From an uncultured virus (IMG/VR IMGVR_UViG_3300027581_000001) (taxonomy: Duplodnaviria; Heunggongvirae; Uroviricota; Caudoviricetes; Kyanoviridae): a stretch of DNA of 63,459 nucleotides. The stretch lies in IMG/VR virus record IMGVR_UViG_3300027581_000001; one strand, given 5' to 3'. The notes below the pieces were generated by a model. It did not search any database. It saw only the letters and a program-made list of their open reading frames with translations, and had not been told where the DNA came from. Positions 7,915 to 17,191 of the stretch are shown here, piece after piece. Within the stretch, counting starts at the first letter, position 1. Each line of letters begins with the position of its first letter. The translations under genes were made by a program, and so were the position numbers.

Positions 7915-10053
7915 TTAAGCAATCAAGCATATAAACTCACCAAGAACTTTTTTGTTGAGTTTCTTAGTTTTTAAAGATTTAACAAAAGCAGATTTGATTT
8001 GTGCTTTGGTTGCATCCTCGGCAACCTCAAACTCAGATTCTTCAGAGAGTGCAGATGAAGAAATACCAAAATATGCATCATAACCAGAGTTAGTGATAGT
8101 AAAACTTTTGAGTTTCTTCCAATCACTCTGAATCTTTGTATAGTTTTTATCACTCGAAGAATGATAGAGATTAATAAAACGATGTGCATCACGAGCAGCA
8201 AGAACACGGATACCAATGAAGTTTATTGAGGGAAATTTGTCTTTAAGGTTGCGAAGAAAAACATCAATAAATTCATAATATCCATATCCAAACTTATAAG
8301 TAGTTCCAAGTTTCCTATCACGCAAAAAGGTTCTTTCTGGATGAACATGATTAGATCCCATATAAGTATAAGTTTCCTTATCGAAGGCACGTTTTACTTC
8401 AATATGATAAGGAATATGACTTGCTTCACCATCAGTTAAAACAATACACTGAACCTTTTGGAGGTTATTCTCCTTTTGAAACTTAGGAAGAATTTGATGA
8501 AGACTAATCAGTGCCTCATTCAGTGGTGTTCCAGAAAGACAGAGACGAACGGGATTAGTATACCCATAAGTGTAGGTGCTTTCAAAACAAGAGGCAAGAC
8601 GCCAGATGTTTAAGATCTGATGTTCCAATACATTTTGAGAAACTTTACTGGTGAGAAGGTTCAATAAAGAAAATCCTTCTTCTACTTGAAGCAAACCTTC
8701 TTTCTTTTCGTAGTGTGGAATTCTATCTGCAGGACTAAACTTACCTGTTTCATAATCATATTCACCACGACGCCACTCATTAGTGAATGCATAAACCTCA
8801 AAAGGAATTGAAGTTTTTTTGCAGAACCAAATTAAATTGAAGAGTTGTTTGCAAGTATCTAAAAGAACATTCTGCATAGATCCGCTCCAATCAAGCACAA
8901 ATACTAGTCCATGATTTTTACCATCGGGAATGATAGTAACCTTCTTAAAGAGGTCTTCAGTAAACTTATAAGAATGTAGACGAGCAGTATCAAGAACCCC
9001 CGTGCGAGCAGTAGAAGCACGAGCATAACTATCTGCTGCCTTACGGCACTCAAACTCCTTCACCATATAGTTAACTTCCTTTTGTGCAGAAACTTTAAAC
9101 TTCTTAAATTGCTGATCTACATTTTCAAAAAGTTTTTCTTCTAGACAATTGTCTTGTTGGAATTTAAAACAAGCATCAATTTCTTTATGAACATCAAAGT
9201 TCTTAGCAATTATAGTATCAAGATTTACCGGAGGAATCTGAACATAAACATTTTCTTGACCATCATTGTTTGTAAGTTTACGAATTTTATCTTCTAAGTT
9301 ACTTGCGGTGCGAACTTCAGGTTCTTCTTGTTGAGTAAAACTTTGGGAAACTTGACCTCCAAGAGTATCACCAGTTTCTGTTGTTTGTTGTCGAGAGTTA
9401 TTACTATCATCCTCTTGCTCAGAAGAATAGTCGGGAGTTCCTTCAATTTTATTTGCAGGAGACTCAGAATCTACTTGATTTTTTTGAGATTCTTGTTCTT
9501 GTTTTTCTTTTTTGCAGTAGTTATAAAGTTTTTTTGCCGCAACTAAAGAATCGGAAAAAGTTTCAACATCAGCAATCAAATTAATGATTTCCATTTCTTC
9601 ACCACGTTTAATCGGAACATCTATATGATTTCCTATTTTGAACCACAGATTTGCACGATCAGCAAGATTCATAGTGGAAACATTTTCATCAACAATTGAG
9701 AAGAAGTCATCTTCATTTAGTTCCTTATATCCACTATAAAATGTCTTTGCAAGTCCGGCATACTTACGTTTCATTAATTTTTCTACACGAGCATCCTCAA
9801 CTATATTTACAAACTGTTGAGGGATCTTATGTTCTTCCAACCAATCTTCATCTGGAGTAAATAAAGCATGTCCCACTTCGTGCCCTACCAGCATATCATA
9901 CAAACCATTAGAGGCATGTTCCCATAGAGGAAGAGTGAGCACACGAGTATGAACATTAAAGCAAGCAGTCTCAACCCTTTTATGCTCAACTACAAGGTCT
10001 TCAGTCGCAAGCAAACGAGCAAGTTGAGATTTGATTTCGTGATTAACCGACAT
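7915..10053 (-). CDS. CobT-like protein: N-terminal HExxH metallopeptidase, acidic linker, C-terminal vWA domain
   Basis: HEVGH and VEDAR; MIDAS-like DWSGSM, GTPL and LTDGE; adjacent to the CobS-like ATPase. Confidence 0.82.
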   Translation of the reverse strand: MSVNHEIKSQLARLLATEDLVVEHKRVETACFNVHTRVLTLPLWEHASNGLYDMLVGHEVGHALFTPDEDWLEEHKIPQQFVNIVEDARVEKLMKRKYAGLAKTFYSGYKELNEDDFFSIVDENVSTMNLADRANLWFKIGNHIDVPIKRGEEMEIINLIADVETFSDSLVAAKKLYNYCKKEKQEQESQKNQVDSESPANKIEGTPDYSSEQEDDSNNSRQQTTETGDTLGGQVSQSFTQQEEPEVRTASNLEDKIRKLTNNDGQENVYVQIPPVNLDTIIAKNFDVHKEIDACFKFQQDNCLEEKLFENVDQQFKKFKVSAQKEVNYMVKEFECRKAADSYARASTARTGVLDTARLHSYKFTEDLFKKVTIIPDGKNHGLVFVLDWSGSMQNVLLDTCKQLFNLIWFCKKTSIPFEVYAFTNEWRRGEYDYETGKFSPADRIPHYEKKEGLLQVEEGFSLLNLLTSKVSQNVLEHQILNIWRLASCFESTYTYGYTNPVRLCLSGTPLNEALISLHQILPKFQKENNLQKVQCIVLTDGEASHIPYHIEVKRAFDKETYTYMGSNHVHPERTFLRDRKLGTTYKFGYGYYEFIDVFLRNLKDKFPSINFIGIRVLAARDAHRFINLYHSSSDKNYTKIQSDWKKLKSFTITNSGYDAYFGISSSALSEESEFEVAEDATKAQIKSAFVKSLKTKKLNKKVLGEFICLIA

Positions 10054-10225
10054 TGCAGATCTGTATTTGTATTAACCTATCATATGACGAAGGGTCGACT
10101 TTTAGACGACCCATGTAACACTTTTTAAACTGGGCAAGTCGTGCTTTAGCTTGCCTCAGTGCTTGTGGTTTAAGTTTTCGTTTTTGTTCCTTTTTAGAAT
10201 GGTGGAATCGGTTTGGTACTTGCAT
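10043..10225 (-). CDS. Small basic hypothetical protein
   Basis: ORF track; Lys/Arg-rich MQVPNRFHHSKKEQKRKLKPQALRQAK. Confidence 0.5.
   Translation of the reverse strand: MQVPNRFHHSKKEQKRKLKPQALRQAKARLAQFKKCYMGRLKVDPSSYDRLIQIQICNVG
10079..10132 (-). promoter_or_regulatory. Putative early promoter: CAGTT-N4-AAGTG, 34 nt, TATGAT
   Basis: Same spacing as the element at 7675-7728; lies upstream of the vWA-peptidase gene. Confidence 0.55.
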
Positions 10226-10238
10226 TTTTTTAATCCAG

Positions 10239-11957
10239 TTAAGACACTATATGCGAAAAACCTTTGACTTTCTCAAAACGATGGATAGTTTCAAATTTGT
10301 CCTCAAGACCAGTCTTATGAGAAATGACAAAAACATTCGCATCTTTAATTACATAACGAATAATTTTTAGAAACTCATCAGTTCCAAATCCATCAAGTGA
10401 ACCATCAAATACTTCATCAAATAAAATGAGATTAGTGTGAACTGAATTTTTAAACTTTGCAACCTCTCTCCAAGCAAAAACTAGAGCAAGGTTTATTCGT
10501 GCTTTTTCTCCTTCACTAAAAGAAGCATAGGAGAAATCTTCGTGAATGGGTGATTGGACGGTTTCGTTAAACTCCTCATCAAGTGTAAAATTAATGTAGA
10601 AATCCATCATCTGTAGATAACGGTTTACTTGCTGGTTAATCATCGGAAGATACTTCTTGATAATTTTAGTTTTAACTCCACCATCCTTAAGTAGACTGTA
10701 AGAAAAATCGTAATAGTTTATTGATTCTTTCTTGGAAGAAAGGTCGTTGTATGTAATTTTTAAATTGCCCTGAAATTCCTCTAACTTTTCATGTTCAGTA
10801 TTTCTATTTTTAAGTTGTTGGGTAATAGTTTGAATTTCAAATTCAAGATCTCTGATCTGTTTCTGACATCCAGAAATTTTAATGCTGTTTTGAGAAATGT
10901 CATTTGTAAGTTTTAAAATTTCCTTAGATAGAGTGAGGAATTGATGCTCTCGGTATTCTTCATCTTTAATTGCTTCCTCAAGTTCTTTATAACCAGACTG
11001 CAATTCCTTTGCTTTAGATTGAGCATCGTTAACTCTATTTATTCTAAAGGTCTCGTCAATCTCTTGTGTGCAGGTAGGACAAACCAAATTTTCTGTAAAG
11101 AATTTATGCTCTTTTGTAATGGCAAATACTTTTTGGGAGATCTTACCTTTTAATGTTCCAAGTGTTTTAAGTTTATTCCCGGCACCAACATATTCTTCAA
11201 CTTTTTTTTGTTTCTCAAAGATGCTTTCTTCAAGAACACCACTTTCTCTCAAATAAATACCAACCTCACCATCTAAATTGACAATCTTTTTTTGATTGGC
11301 ACTTATATTGGCATTACCACGATTCTCAAGTTCACCAATAAAGTTCTCTTGCATCTTAACTTTATCTACGAGAGATTGTTTCTTAAGATCTAAGACCTTA
11401 ATTTCGTCTTTTAAAGATCTTATTTTTTCCCTAATTACAACATTCATAGAAGAGAAGATTTTAATATCTAAAAGATCTTCAATTACTTCACGACGATGAG
11501 CAGCAGAAAGTTGCATAAAAGGAACAAAAGTGCTTGCTCCAAGAATAACAATTTGAGTGAAAGACTTAAAGTTCATCTTCAGAACATTTTGCTCTAACCA
11601 CTTTTGTTGGTCAAGTGAAGCAGAAGCTTGATCTAAAACAGAATTATTTCTCCAAATTTCAAATACAGCAGGTTTAATTCCTCTTACAACTTTCCAGTCA
11701 ATACTACCAATAGTAAACTCAATCTCAACTATACAATCTTTTTCATTAACAGAATTAGCAAGTTGTGGTTTATTGATTTTCCTAAATGGTTTTCCAAACA
11801 AAGAAAAAGTAAGAGCATCAAGAACAGTGCTCTTACCAGCACCATTTGTACCGACAATCAAATTAGTTCTGTTTTTGGTAAAATCAATTTGAGTGTATTG
11901 ATTACCAGTAGACAAAAAATTCTTATATTTTATATTCTTAAATAAGATCATAATCAA
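10239..11957 (-). CDS. gp46: Recombination endonuclease ATPase subunit (Rad50/SbcC-like)
   Basis: GTNGAGKST, CPTC zinc hook, FSEGE signature, LFDEVFD. Confidence 0.96.
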   Translation of the reverse strand: MIMILFKNIKYKNFLSTGNQYTQIDFTKNRTNLIVGTNGAGKSTVLDALTFSLFGKPFRKINKPQLANSVNEKDCIVEIEFTIGSIDWKVVRGIKPAVFEIWRNNSVLDQASASLDQQKWLEQNVLKMNFKSFTQIVILGASTFVPFMQLSAAHRREVIEDLLDIKIFSSMNVVIREKIRSLKDEIKVLDLKKQSLVDKVKMQENFIGELENRGNANISANQKKIVNLDGEVGIYLRESGVLEESIFEKQKKVEEYVGAGNKLKTLGTLKGKISQKVFAITKEHKFFTENLVCPTCTQEIDETFRINRVNDAQSKAKELQSGYKELEEAIKDEEYREHQFLTLSKEILKLTNDISQNSIKISGCQKQIRDLEFEIQTITQQLKNRNTEHEKLEEFQGNLKITYNDLSSKKESINYYDFSYSLLKDGGVKTKIIKKYLPMINQQVNRYLQMMDFYINFTLDEEFNETVQSPIHEDFSYASFSEGEKARINLALVFAWREVAKFKNSVHTNLILFDEVFDGSLDGFGTDEFLKIIRYVIKDANVFVISHKTGLEDKFETIHRFEKVKGFSHIVS

Positions 11958-12210
11958 TATTTGGAGGAATTACAATGTCATCGGGAGTAATAAGTACATA
12001 TTGGTATCCGTACATTTCACAAGTTTTCATCATTACACGATCTTCAATTTCAATTATATGCATTTCGGGATATCCATCTTCTTCTAACAATAAAGTATAT
12101 CTTATTGCATCATCTTTTTCTTGAAAAAGATAGAGAATATCATTTCCATCATCATCAACTACAGAATATACACCGTCTTGTTCTCTATCAGCAATTGTTA
12201 GAATGTACAT
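11938..12210 (-). CDS. Conserved hypothetical protein between gp47 and gp46
   Basis: ORF track; tightly packed between its neighbours. Confidence 0.75.
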   Translation of the reverse strand: MYILTIADREQDGVYSVVDDDGNDILYLFQEKDDAIRYTLLLEEDGYPEMHIIEIEDRVMMKTCEMYGYQYVLITPDDIVIPPNIDYDLI

Positions 12211-13245
12211 TTAATCTAACTCACATGCCTCTTGATATATTTCTTGCATCATTTTCTGAATGATTGATTTATCAAGATTGATTTCTGCTTCTTCAATGTA
12301 TCTATTCAGAATAGAAATCGTATCTTCATTCTCAAATGCTTCAAAGTCTTCTGATTCTTGAATGTCAAAATTTTCAATAATCTTTAATTCTGCAATATTA
12401 GAAGAATAGAGTTTATCAACAAACTTTTCAAACTTTTTAATATCAGACTTTTTACGAACTATAACTTTTACAATTTTATTTTCATACTCACGAGCATCAA
12501 AAGTTTGATAGTCTGTATCCTCATAGTAAATATTATAAAAGAGTTTGTGAGGATTATTAACTGAAGTATGTTCTAATGTTTCAGTATCAAAGATATGAAA
12601 TCCTCTTGGATCATTTACATCATTCCAAAACATTTCATAAGGATTTCCGAGATAAAATACTGTTCCATTATCAGAACGAGTATGATAGTGTCCAGAAAAT
12701 ACTTTAGTGAAGTTTTTAAAAATATTTGCTTCTAAACCATGATCCATTACAATTTGACGATTTACTTTAAACCCCTGAAGTTCAAGATGCCCCATTACAA
12801 TTTTTGCTTTGGTTTTCTTAATCATATTAAGTGTTTGCTCTTCGTTATCTACACAAATCCAAGGAAGAAGAAGAATATTAAGGTTCTCAATTTTAATTTC
12901 TGTTGGTGAAGAATAAGTTTTAATATTGAGATAATCTTTTAACAAAAGTTGTGGTGAGTTAGTACTATTTGTATTCTTGTAATAACTATCATGATTACCA
13001 ACAATCATGTGAACATCATATTTTTTAAGAGGTTCAAATACAACTCTTTTTGCCCAATCTAAACTTTGATAATCAATTGATTTACGGCTATCAAAAGCAT
13101 CTCCCATGTGAATAACAGTTGTAATCCCGTACTGCTCCAGTGTCGGGAAGAAAATGTTTTTATAGAATTGCTCAAAGTAGTCATGAAAAAGTTTTGACCC
13201 TTTTCGTGCTCCGTAGTGAGTGTCTGTTAAGATTGCAACTTTCAT
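12211..13245 (-). CDS. gp47: Recombination endonuclease nuclease subunit (Mre11/SbcD-like)
   Basis: DTHYG, GD.FD, GNHD and SGHYH phosphoesterase motifs. Confidence 0.96.
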   Translation of the reverse strand: MKVAILTDTHYGARKGSKLFHDYFEQFYKNIFFPTLEQYGITTVIHMGDAFDSRKSIDYQSLDWAKRVVFEPLKKYDVHMIVGNHDSYYKNTNSTNSPQLLLKDYLNIKTYSSPTEIKIENLNILLLPWICVDNEEQTLNMIKKTKAKIVMGHLELQGFKVNRQIVMDHGLEANIFKNFTKVFSGHYHTRSDNGTVFYLGNPYEMFWNDVNDPRGFHIFDTETLEHTSVNNPHKLFYNIYYEDTDYQTFDAREYENKIVKVIVRKKSDIKKFEKFVDKLYSSNIAELKIIENFDIQESEDFEAFENEDTISILNRYIEEAEINLDKSIIQKMMQEIYQEACELD

Positions 13246-13785
13246 TTAGTAACGTTGTTTGCTGTGAACGCCATCTTTAATGGAATTATAATCCGAATAG
13301 TTACCCGTGTCAATAGTATTGTCGTCGGTAAATACTTCACTAAATCCAGAACGTTCAAGTATTTTATTTTTAATTTCTAATTGACGTTTTTCTCTTTGTA
13401 TACGACGAAGAAATGCGAAGTGAATAATTTGAGTGAAATATGCGAAAGGATTTTGTGATCTCTCTGGATTAAAGTTATGAATATACTGAACGCAATTTTC
13501 AATACCATCAGAAATCATATCCTCCTTAAACATATAGTTTACGAAGTTTGGCTTAAAGGAAAGGTGATTTGCAATCTTTAAAAAACACTCACCCACATAC
13601 CTGGGAATTTGAGGTTTTGTTTCCCACTTTTTTGCTCTATCTTCTTTTAAAGGTTCTCTTCCATATAGTTGAATAAAAGTGATCTCCACATCCTCACGAT
13701 ACTTAATGAGAGCAGCAAGAAACTCTTTATTATTTACATAATGTTCTGACCTTTTTCTTTTATTCATAACTGCTGTAGTTATCAT
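13246..13785 (-). CDS. gp55: Late-transcription sigma factor
   Basis: HYVNNKEF, DMISDGIENC and NPFAYFTQI..AFLRRI. Confidence 0.95.
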   Translation of the reverse strand: MITTAVMNKRKRSEHYVNNKEFLAALIKYREDVEITFIQLYGREPLKEDRAKKWETKPQIPRYVGECFLKIANHLSFKPNFVNYMFKEDMISDGIENCVQYIHNFNPERSQNPFAYFTQIIHFAFLRRIQREKRQLEIKNKILERSGFSEVFTDDNTIDTGNYSDYNSIKDGVHSKQRY

Positions 13786-13810
13786 AAGTTTTTTTCATTA
13801 TTATGTAGAT

Positions 13811-13839
13811 ATTATAACACTTTTTCAAATGGTTGACAA
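13811..13839 (-). promoter_or_regulatory. sigma70-type promoter for gp55 (TTGTCA-17-TATAAT)
   Basis: Read directly on the minus strand. Confidence 0.7.
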
Positions 13840-13861
13840 GAGGTTAAAATATTCGTATAAT
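13833..13861 (+). promoter_or_regulatory. Perfect-consensus sigma70 promoter (TTGACA-17-TATAAT), antisense to the uvsW operon
   Basis: ttgaca agaggttaaaatattcg tataat. Confidence 0.7.
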
Positions 13862-13890
13862 AACCTTTGTGGAGGTTCATAAGTTATAAC

Positions 13891-14286
13891 TTAAGAAAGC
13901 TTAAAGATTTTTTCTAGTATTTCCTTAGCATCAGTAACGTTAGATACATATCCCATTCTACGACTCATTCTTGGTTGATTATTTTCTTCTCTACTAGATT
14001 GCCGCACATAAGATTGATACATCATAATTATTTCTATGTCCGAAGACTCTGAGAGAGTCAGAACATCAGAGAGATTGATAATAAACATATCATCTTTTGT
14101 TGTTTTTAACCAAGGTTCTACTTTATATCCTACTGTTTTTGATCTATTTTTTATTTCTGAAATAACTATGGGATTTGAAATAATCAGCATCGTCCTATCT
14201 TCTTCTTCCGAAGCTGCTATCTTTGCGAATATTTCTTCACCTGTTTTTAATTTAATTGTTGCGTAAAAATCTTCTTCAATTCCCAT
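13891..14286 (-). CDS. Conserved hypothetical protein downstream of uvsW
   Basis: ORF track; FYATIKLKTGEEIFA N-terminus; overlaps the uvsW stop. Confidence 0.8.
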   Translation of the reverse strand: MGIEEDFYATIKLKTGEEIFAKIAASEEEDRTMLIISNPIVISEIKNRSKTVGYKVEPWLKTTKDDMFIINLSDVLTLSESSDIEIIMMYQSYVRQSSREENNQPRMSRRMGYVSNVTDAKEILEKIFKLS

Positions 14287-15757
14287 TTTTCTTTATTTGT
14301 ATTGTTATAATTTCGTAATTAAAGTTTTCTTCGTTATATATTTTTATACGTTCAATCAGATGATTTAAAGTATAGTTTTTTCTTGACTTATGAGTACAAT
14401 CATCAGAAATGTCGTACAAGACTGCTTTAGTTTTATTTTTTCCTTTTCTAAGTACTCTTCCAATTGATTGTAAATTTCTAATTCTCGATTTACTGGGGGA
14501 AGCAAAGATAACATTATGAAGGTTCTTAATGTTAACACCAGTAGAAAAGGTTCCATAAGAAGCAACAATAATTGCGTTGTTTTCTTTTTCCGTAATCTCT
14601 CTCACCAACTCTCTTTCTTCAGCATCCACTCCGCCATGTATAAAAAATACTTTACGGTCATCTTGTCTAGATGTATTTATGAGTTCGTAAAGTATTGCAC
14701 CGTGAGTTTCTACACGACTATAAAGAACTAAAGTGTTTCCTTTTAGATCCAAAGAAAGATTTGTAATAAATTTATTTCTTTGCTCATGAGTAATTAAATA
14801 TTGTATCTCATCTTCATAAGTTTCAAATCTTTGTGGTAAGTGTTTAAGAACGAGACACTGAATATCTAATTGAGAGATGTATCCCTGTTTCATTAATTCA
14901 ATTGTTCTTGTAACTCTATAGGATGGGCCAAACACACCTTCTAAAACCCATTTGTGAGTTTGAGTTCCATCTAAAGTTCCAGTAAATCCAAATCTATATT
15001 TTGCATGATGAAGTTTTGTCATGATTTCAATCAAGGATTTGCTCTTGAATAAATGTGCTTCATCACCTATAATAACGCCATAATCGTTAAAGAATGAACG
15101 TTCTAACTTATACACAGATTGCCAAGTTGTAATAGTCACAGAATGTATATTTGTCACCTCCTTCCCACCATAGATACGATGACAATATGATTCAGCATCC
15201 CAACCATATTCATGAAAATCCTTGTACATTTGCTCTACTAGAGATGTCGTTGGAACAACTAAAAGAATTTTTAGTCCTTTTTCAACATAATATCTTACAA
15301 TAGAATATATCATCAGAGATTTGCCACTCGCAGTGGGGCTTATCAATAATTTTCTATTATGTTTTAGAGAATCGTATACTCCCTCAATTTGATAATCTCT
15401 AGGAGAATGTGAGCAAATAGATTGCATATAATCTTTAACACCTTCGTATGAAATGTCATCATTCAGTTCAAACGGCATTCCATAAAATTTATTTTCTTTA
15501 AACTCATATGTGTAATTGTGAAGAGTAAGTTTATCAATTACTTTATCTAGTAATCCAACATAAACTTCTCCAGTATGAGAACTTAATAGTCGAATCTTTC
15601 CATCCCAGTGTTTGCTTCTATATTGAGACATAAATTTTGCTGACTCAACCTCAAAAGTGAAGTAAGGTTGAAGTTCATATAAAACGTGCGGGTCGCAATG
15701 AAGTTTTAGGTGTACTTCATTTTTCTTTTCAATAATTACGTCACTCATAGTAATCAT
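14276..15757 (-). CDS. uvsW: UvsW RNA-DNA/DNA-DNA helicase
   Basis: SPTASGKS, DEAH, GFTGT and QSIGRVLR SF2 motifs; synteny. Confidence 0.95.
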   Translation of the reverse strand: MITMSDVIIEKKNEVHLKLHCDPHVLYELQPYFTFEVESAKFMSQYRSKHWDGKIRLLSSHTGEVYVGLLDKVIDKLTLHNYTYEFKENKFYGMPFELNDDISYEGVKDYMQSICSHSPRDYQIEGVYDSLKHNRKLLISPTASGKSLMIYSIVRYYVEKGLKILLVVPTTSLVEQMYKDFHEYGWDAESYCHRIYGGKEVTNIHSVTITTWQSVYKLERSFFNDYGVIIGDEAHLFKSKSLIEIMTKLHHAKYRFGFTGTLDGTQTHKWVLEGVFGPSYRVTRTIELMKQGYISQLDIQCLVLKHLPQRFETYEDEIQYLITHEQRNKFITNLSLDLKGNTLVLYSRVETHGAILYELINTSRQDDRKVFFIHGGVDAEERELVREITEKENNAIIVASYGTFSTGVNIKNLHNVIFASPSKSRIRNLQSIGRVLRKGKNKTKAVLYDISDDCTHKSRKNYTLNHLIERIKIYNEENFNYEIITIQIKKNGN

Positions 15758-15775
15758 AATACTATGAGTATTTAT

Positions 15776-15955
15776 TTACATACTATCGTATTGATATTCC
15801 AAAATCATCTTATAAAAATAGTTCTTCATTGCATTTAATTGTATTTGTTCTTGCGGATCACCTCCTGACCAATATTTAAGAGCAAGAGATAATCCTTGAT
15901 GAATAATTCTTATATCTCCAATATTGATTTCTATTGTGTATAAGTCGTCATTCAT
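15776..15955 (-). CDS. Hypothetical protein (59 aa), not in the ORF track
   Basis: Manual translation MNDDLYTIEINIGDIRIIHQGLSLALKYWSGGDPQEQIQL...YQYDSM*; start coupled to the uvsY stop. Confidence 0.7.
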   Translation of the reverse strand: MNDDLYTIEINIGDIRIIHQGLSLALKYWSGGDPQEQIQLNAMKNYFYKMILEYQYDSM

Positions 15956-16392
15956 TACCCTAGTCCTGCATTGAATCTCATAAACTCAATAGCATTTTTA
16001 ATTTGATATGTTCTGTTTGCTATCATTTTAAGAATGCTATCGATATACATGAGCATTGTTTCGTAGTACTCGACCTTTAAAGAAATTTGTGATAGTTTTT
16101 CATCCGAATCCAAATATCCTTGAAGTGTTTCTTTGTCTCTTACTTTTTTAGGAAAGGGATTTTCTACATAAACATCGGGGTCTGCTTTACCAGTGAAGTA
16201 TTCATATCGTTGATGTCTAATGCCTTTTTTTTGTTGCTCTGCTCTTTTCTTTAATAAAAGAATTGTATTATACATTTCAAAATATTTTGAATGAAGAACG
16301 GGGATGTTTAGTGATTCTGTATGTAAATTATCTGTATCAATTTTGGAATCTTGTTCCCATATTCTTTGAATTACATCAAGGTCTATACTCAT
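15955..16392 (-). CDS. uvsY: Recombination mediator UvsY
   Basis: IP.LHSKY, EYFTGKA and R.YQIKNAIEF; lies between gp3 and uvsW. Confidence 0.9.
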   Translation of the reverse strand: MSIDLDVIQRIWEQDSKIDTDNLHTESLNIPVLHSKYFEMYNTILLLKKRAEQQKKGIRHQRYEYFTGKADPDVYVENPFPKKVRDKETLQGYLDSDEKLSQISLKVEYYETMLMYIDSILKMIANRTYQIKNAIEFMRFNAGLG

Positions 16393-16940
16393 AAAAGATT
16401 ACCGCCAAGATCTACTATATTGTAGATAGTATACTTGAAACTCACGTCTGCTGTAAAGTACTGAACATCCATTGCTGTTGCATCAAACGATAAAGTTCCC
16501 AACGAATATGGAAATAAATCTTTAAAGGCAACTTGAAAATTTGGAAGTGATGAATTTGTTAAAACTTGAAGAGTGCCATCAGAAAAAAGACCTAGTTGTT
16601 TTTGTGATTCAAGTTTTGGATTTATAGTTCCAGTTTTTTGAAATGTATAAATTTCCTCTAAACTTTCTGGATATCCAATTCCACGCATCCAATTTTGAAT
16701 TTCTAGATAATTTTTTAAGTCTTCATCTACAAGAAATCTTAAAGTAAGATCTCCAAAAATTAACTTGTCACCTGGAAGTTCAATGTCTTTTAAATATGTT
16801 GGTTGAACTGCGATTCCAAGAGTTAATTCTGGAATGTTTGCAGAATTACAAAAGAATGAAACTTTAGGAGTTCTTTTGAGAGAAAATTTAAATCCTGTAG
16901 GAGATAAAAAATTTCTATTTTCTGGTTGATCAGTTGCCAT
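16389..16940 (-). CDS. gp3: Tail completion / sheath stabiliser
   Basis: NFLSPTGFKF, FLVDEDL.NY and F.DLFP; downstream of gp23. Confidence 0.88.
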   Translation of the reverse strand: MATDQPENRNFLSPTGFKFSLKRTPKVSFFCNSANIPELTLGIAVQPTYLKDIELPGDKLIFGDLTLRFLVDEDLKNYLEIQNWMRGIGYPESLEEIYTFQKTGTINPKLESQKQLGLFSDGTLQVLTNSSLPNFQVAFKDLFPYSLGTLSFDATAMDVQYFTADVSFKYTIYNIVDLGGNLL

Positions 16941-16951
16941 TATCTATATTC

Positions 16952-17110
16952 TCATTCATTGGTAATAGTATTATACCATTCTTCACTCATGCCAGTAATA
17001 ATTAAATCTGCAGATTCATTGTCTTGAGCATAACCTTCTTTGATTAAGTGCCCAACAACAAAATTGTATCTTTCAACTGCTTCTTTTGTTTCTCTCGGTG
17101 TTGGTTTCAT
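16952..17110 (-). CDS. Hypothetical protein (52 aa), not in the ORF track
   Basis: MKPTPRETKEAVERYNFVVGHLIKEGYAQDNESADLIITGMSEEWYNTITNE*; CTAAATA and AAGGA upstream. Confidence 0.7.
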   Translation of the reverse strand: MKPTPRETKEAVERYNFVVGHLIKEGYAQDNESADLIITGMSEEWYNTITNE

Positions 17111-17142
17111 TTTGATTATGATATCCTTATTTTTATTTAGAT

Positions 17143-17170
17143 AAAAAAAAGACCCCCCGAAGGAGGTCTT
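17143..17170 (-). terminator. Terminator after gp23 with C(UUCG)G tetraloop
   Basis: AAGACCTCC-TTCG-GGGGGTCTT-TTTTTT. Confidence 0.92.
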
Positions 17171-17191
17171 GTATAATCTTGTGAGAAAAAC

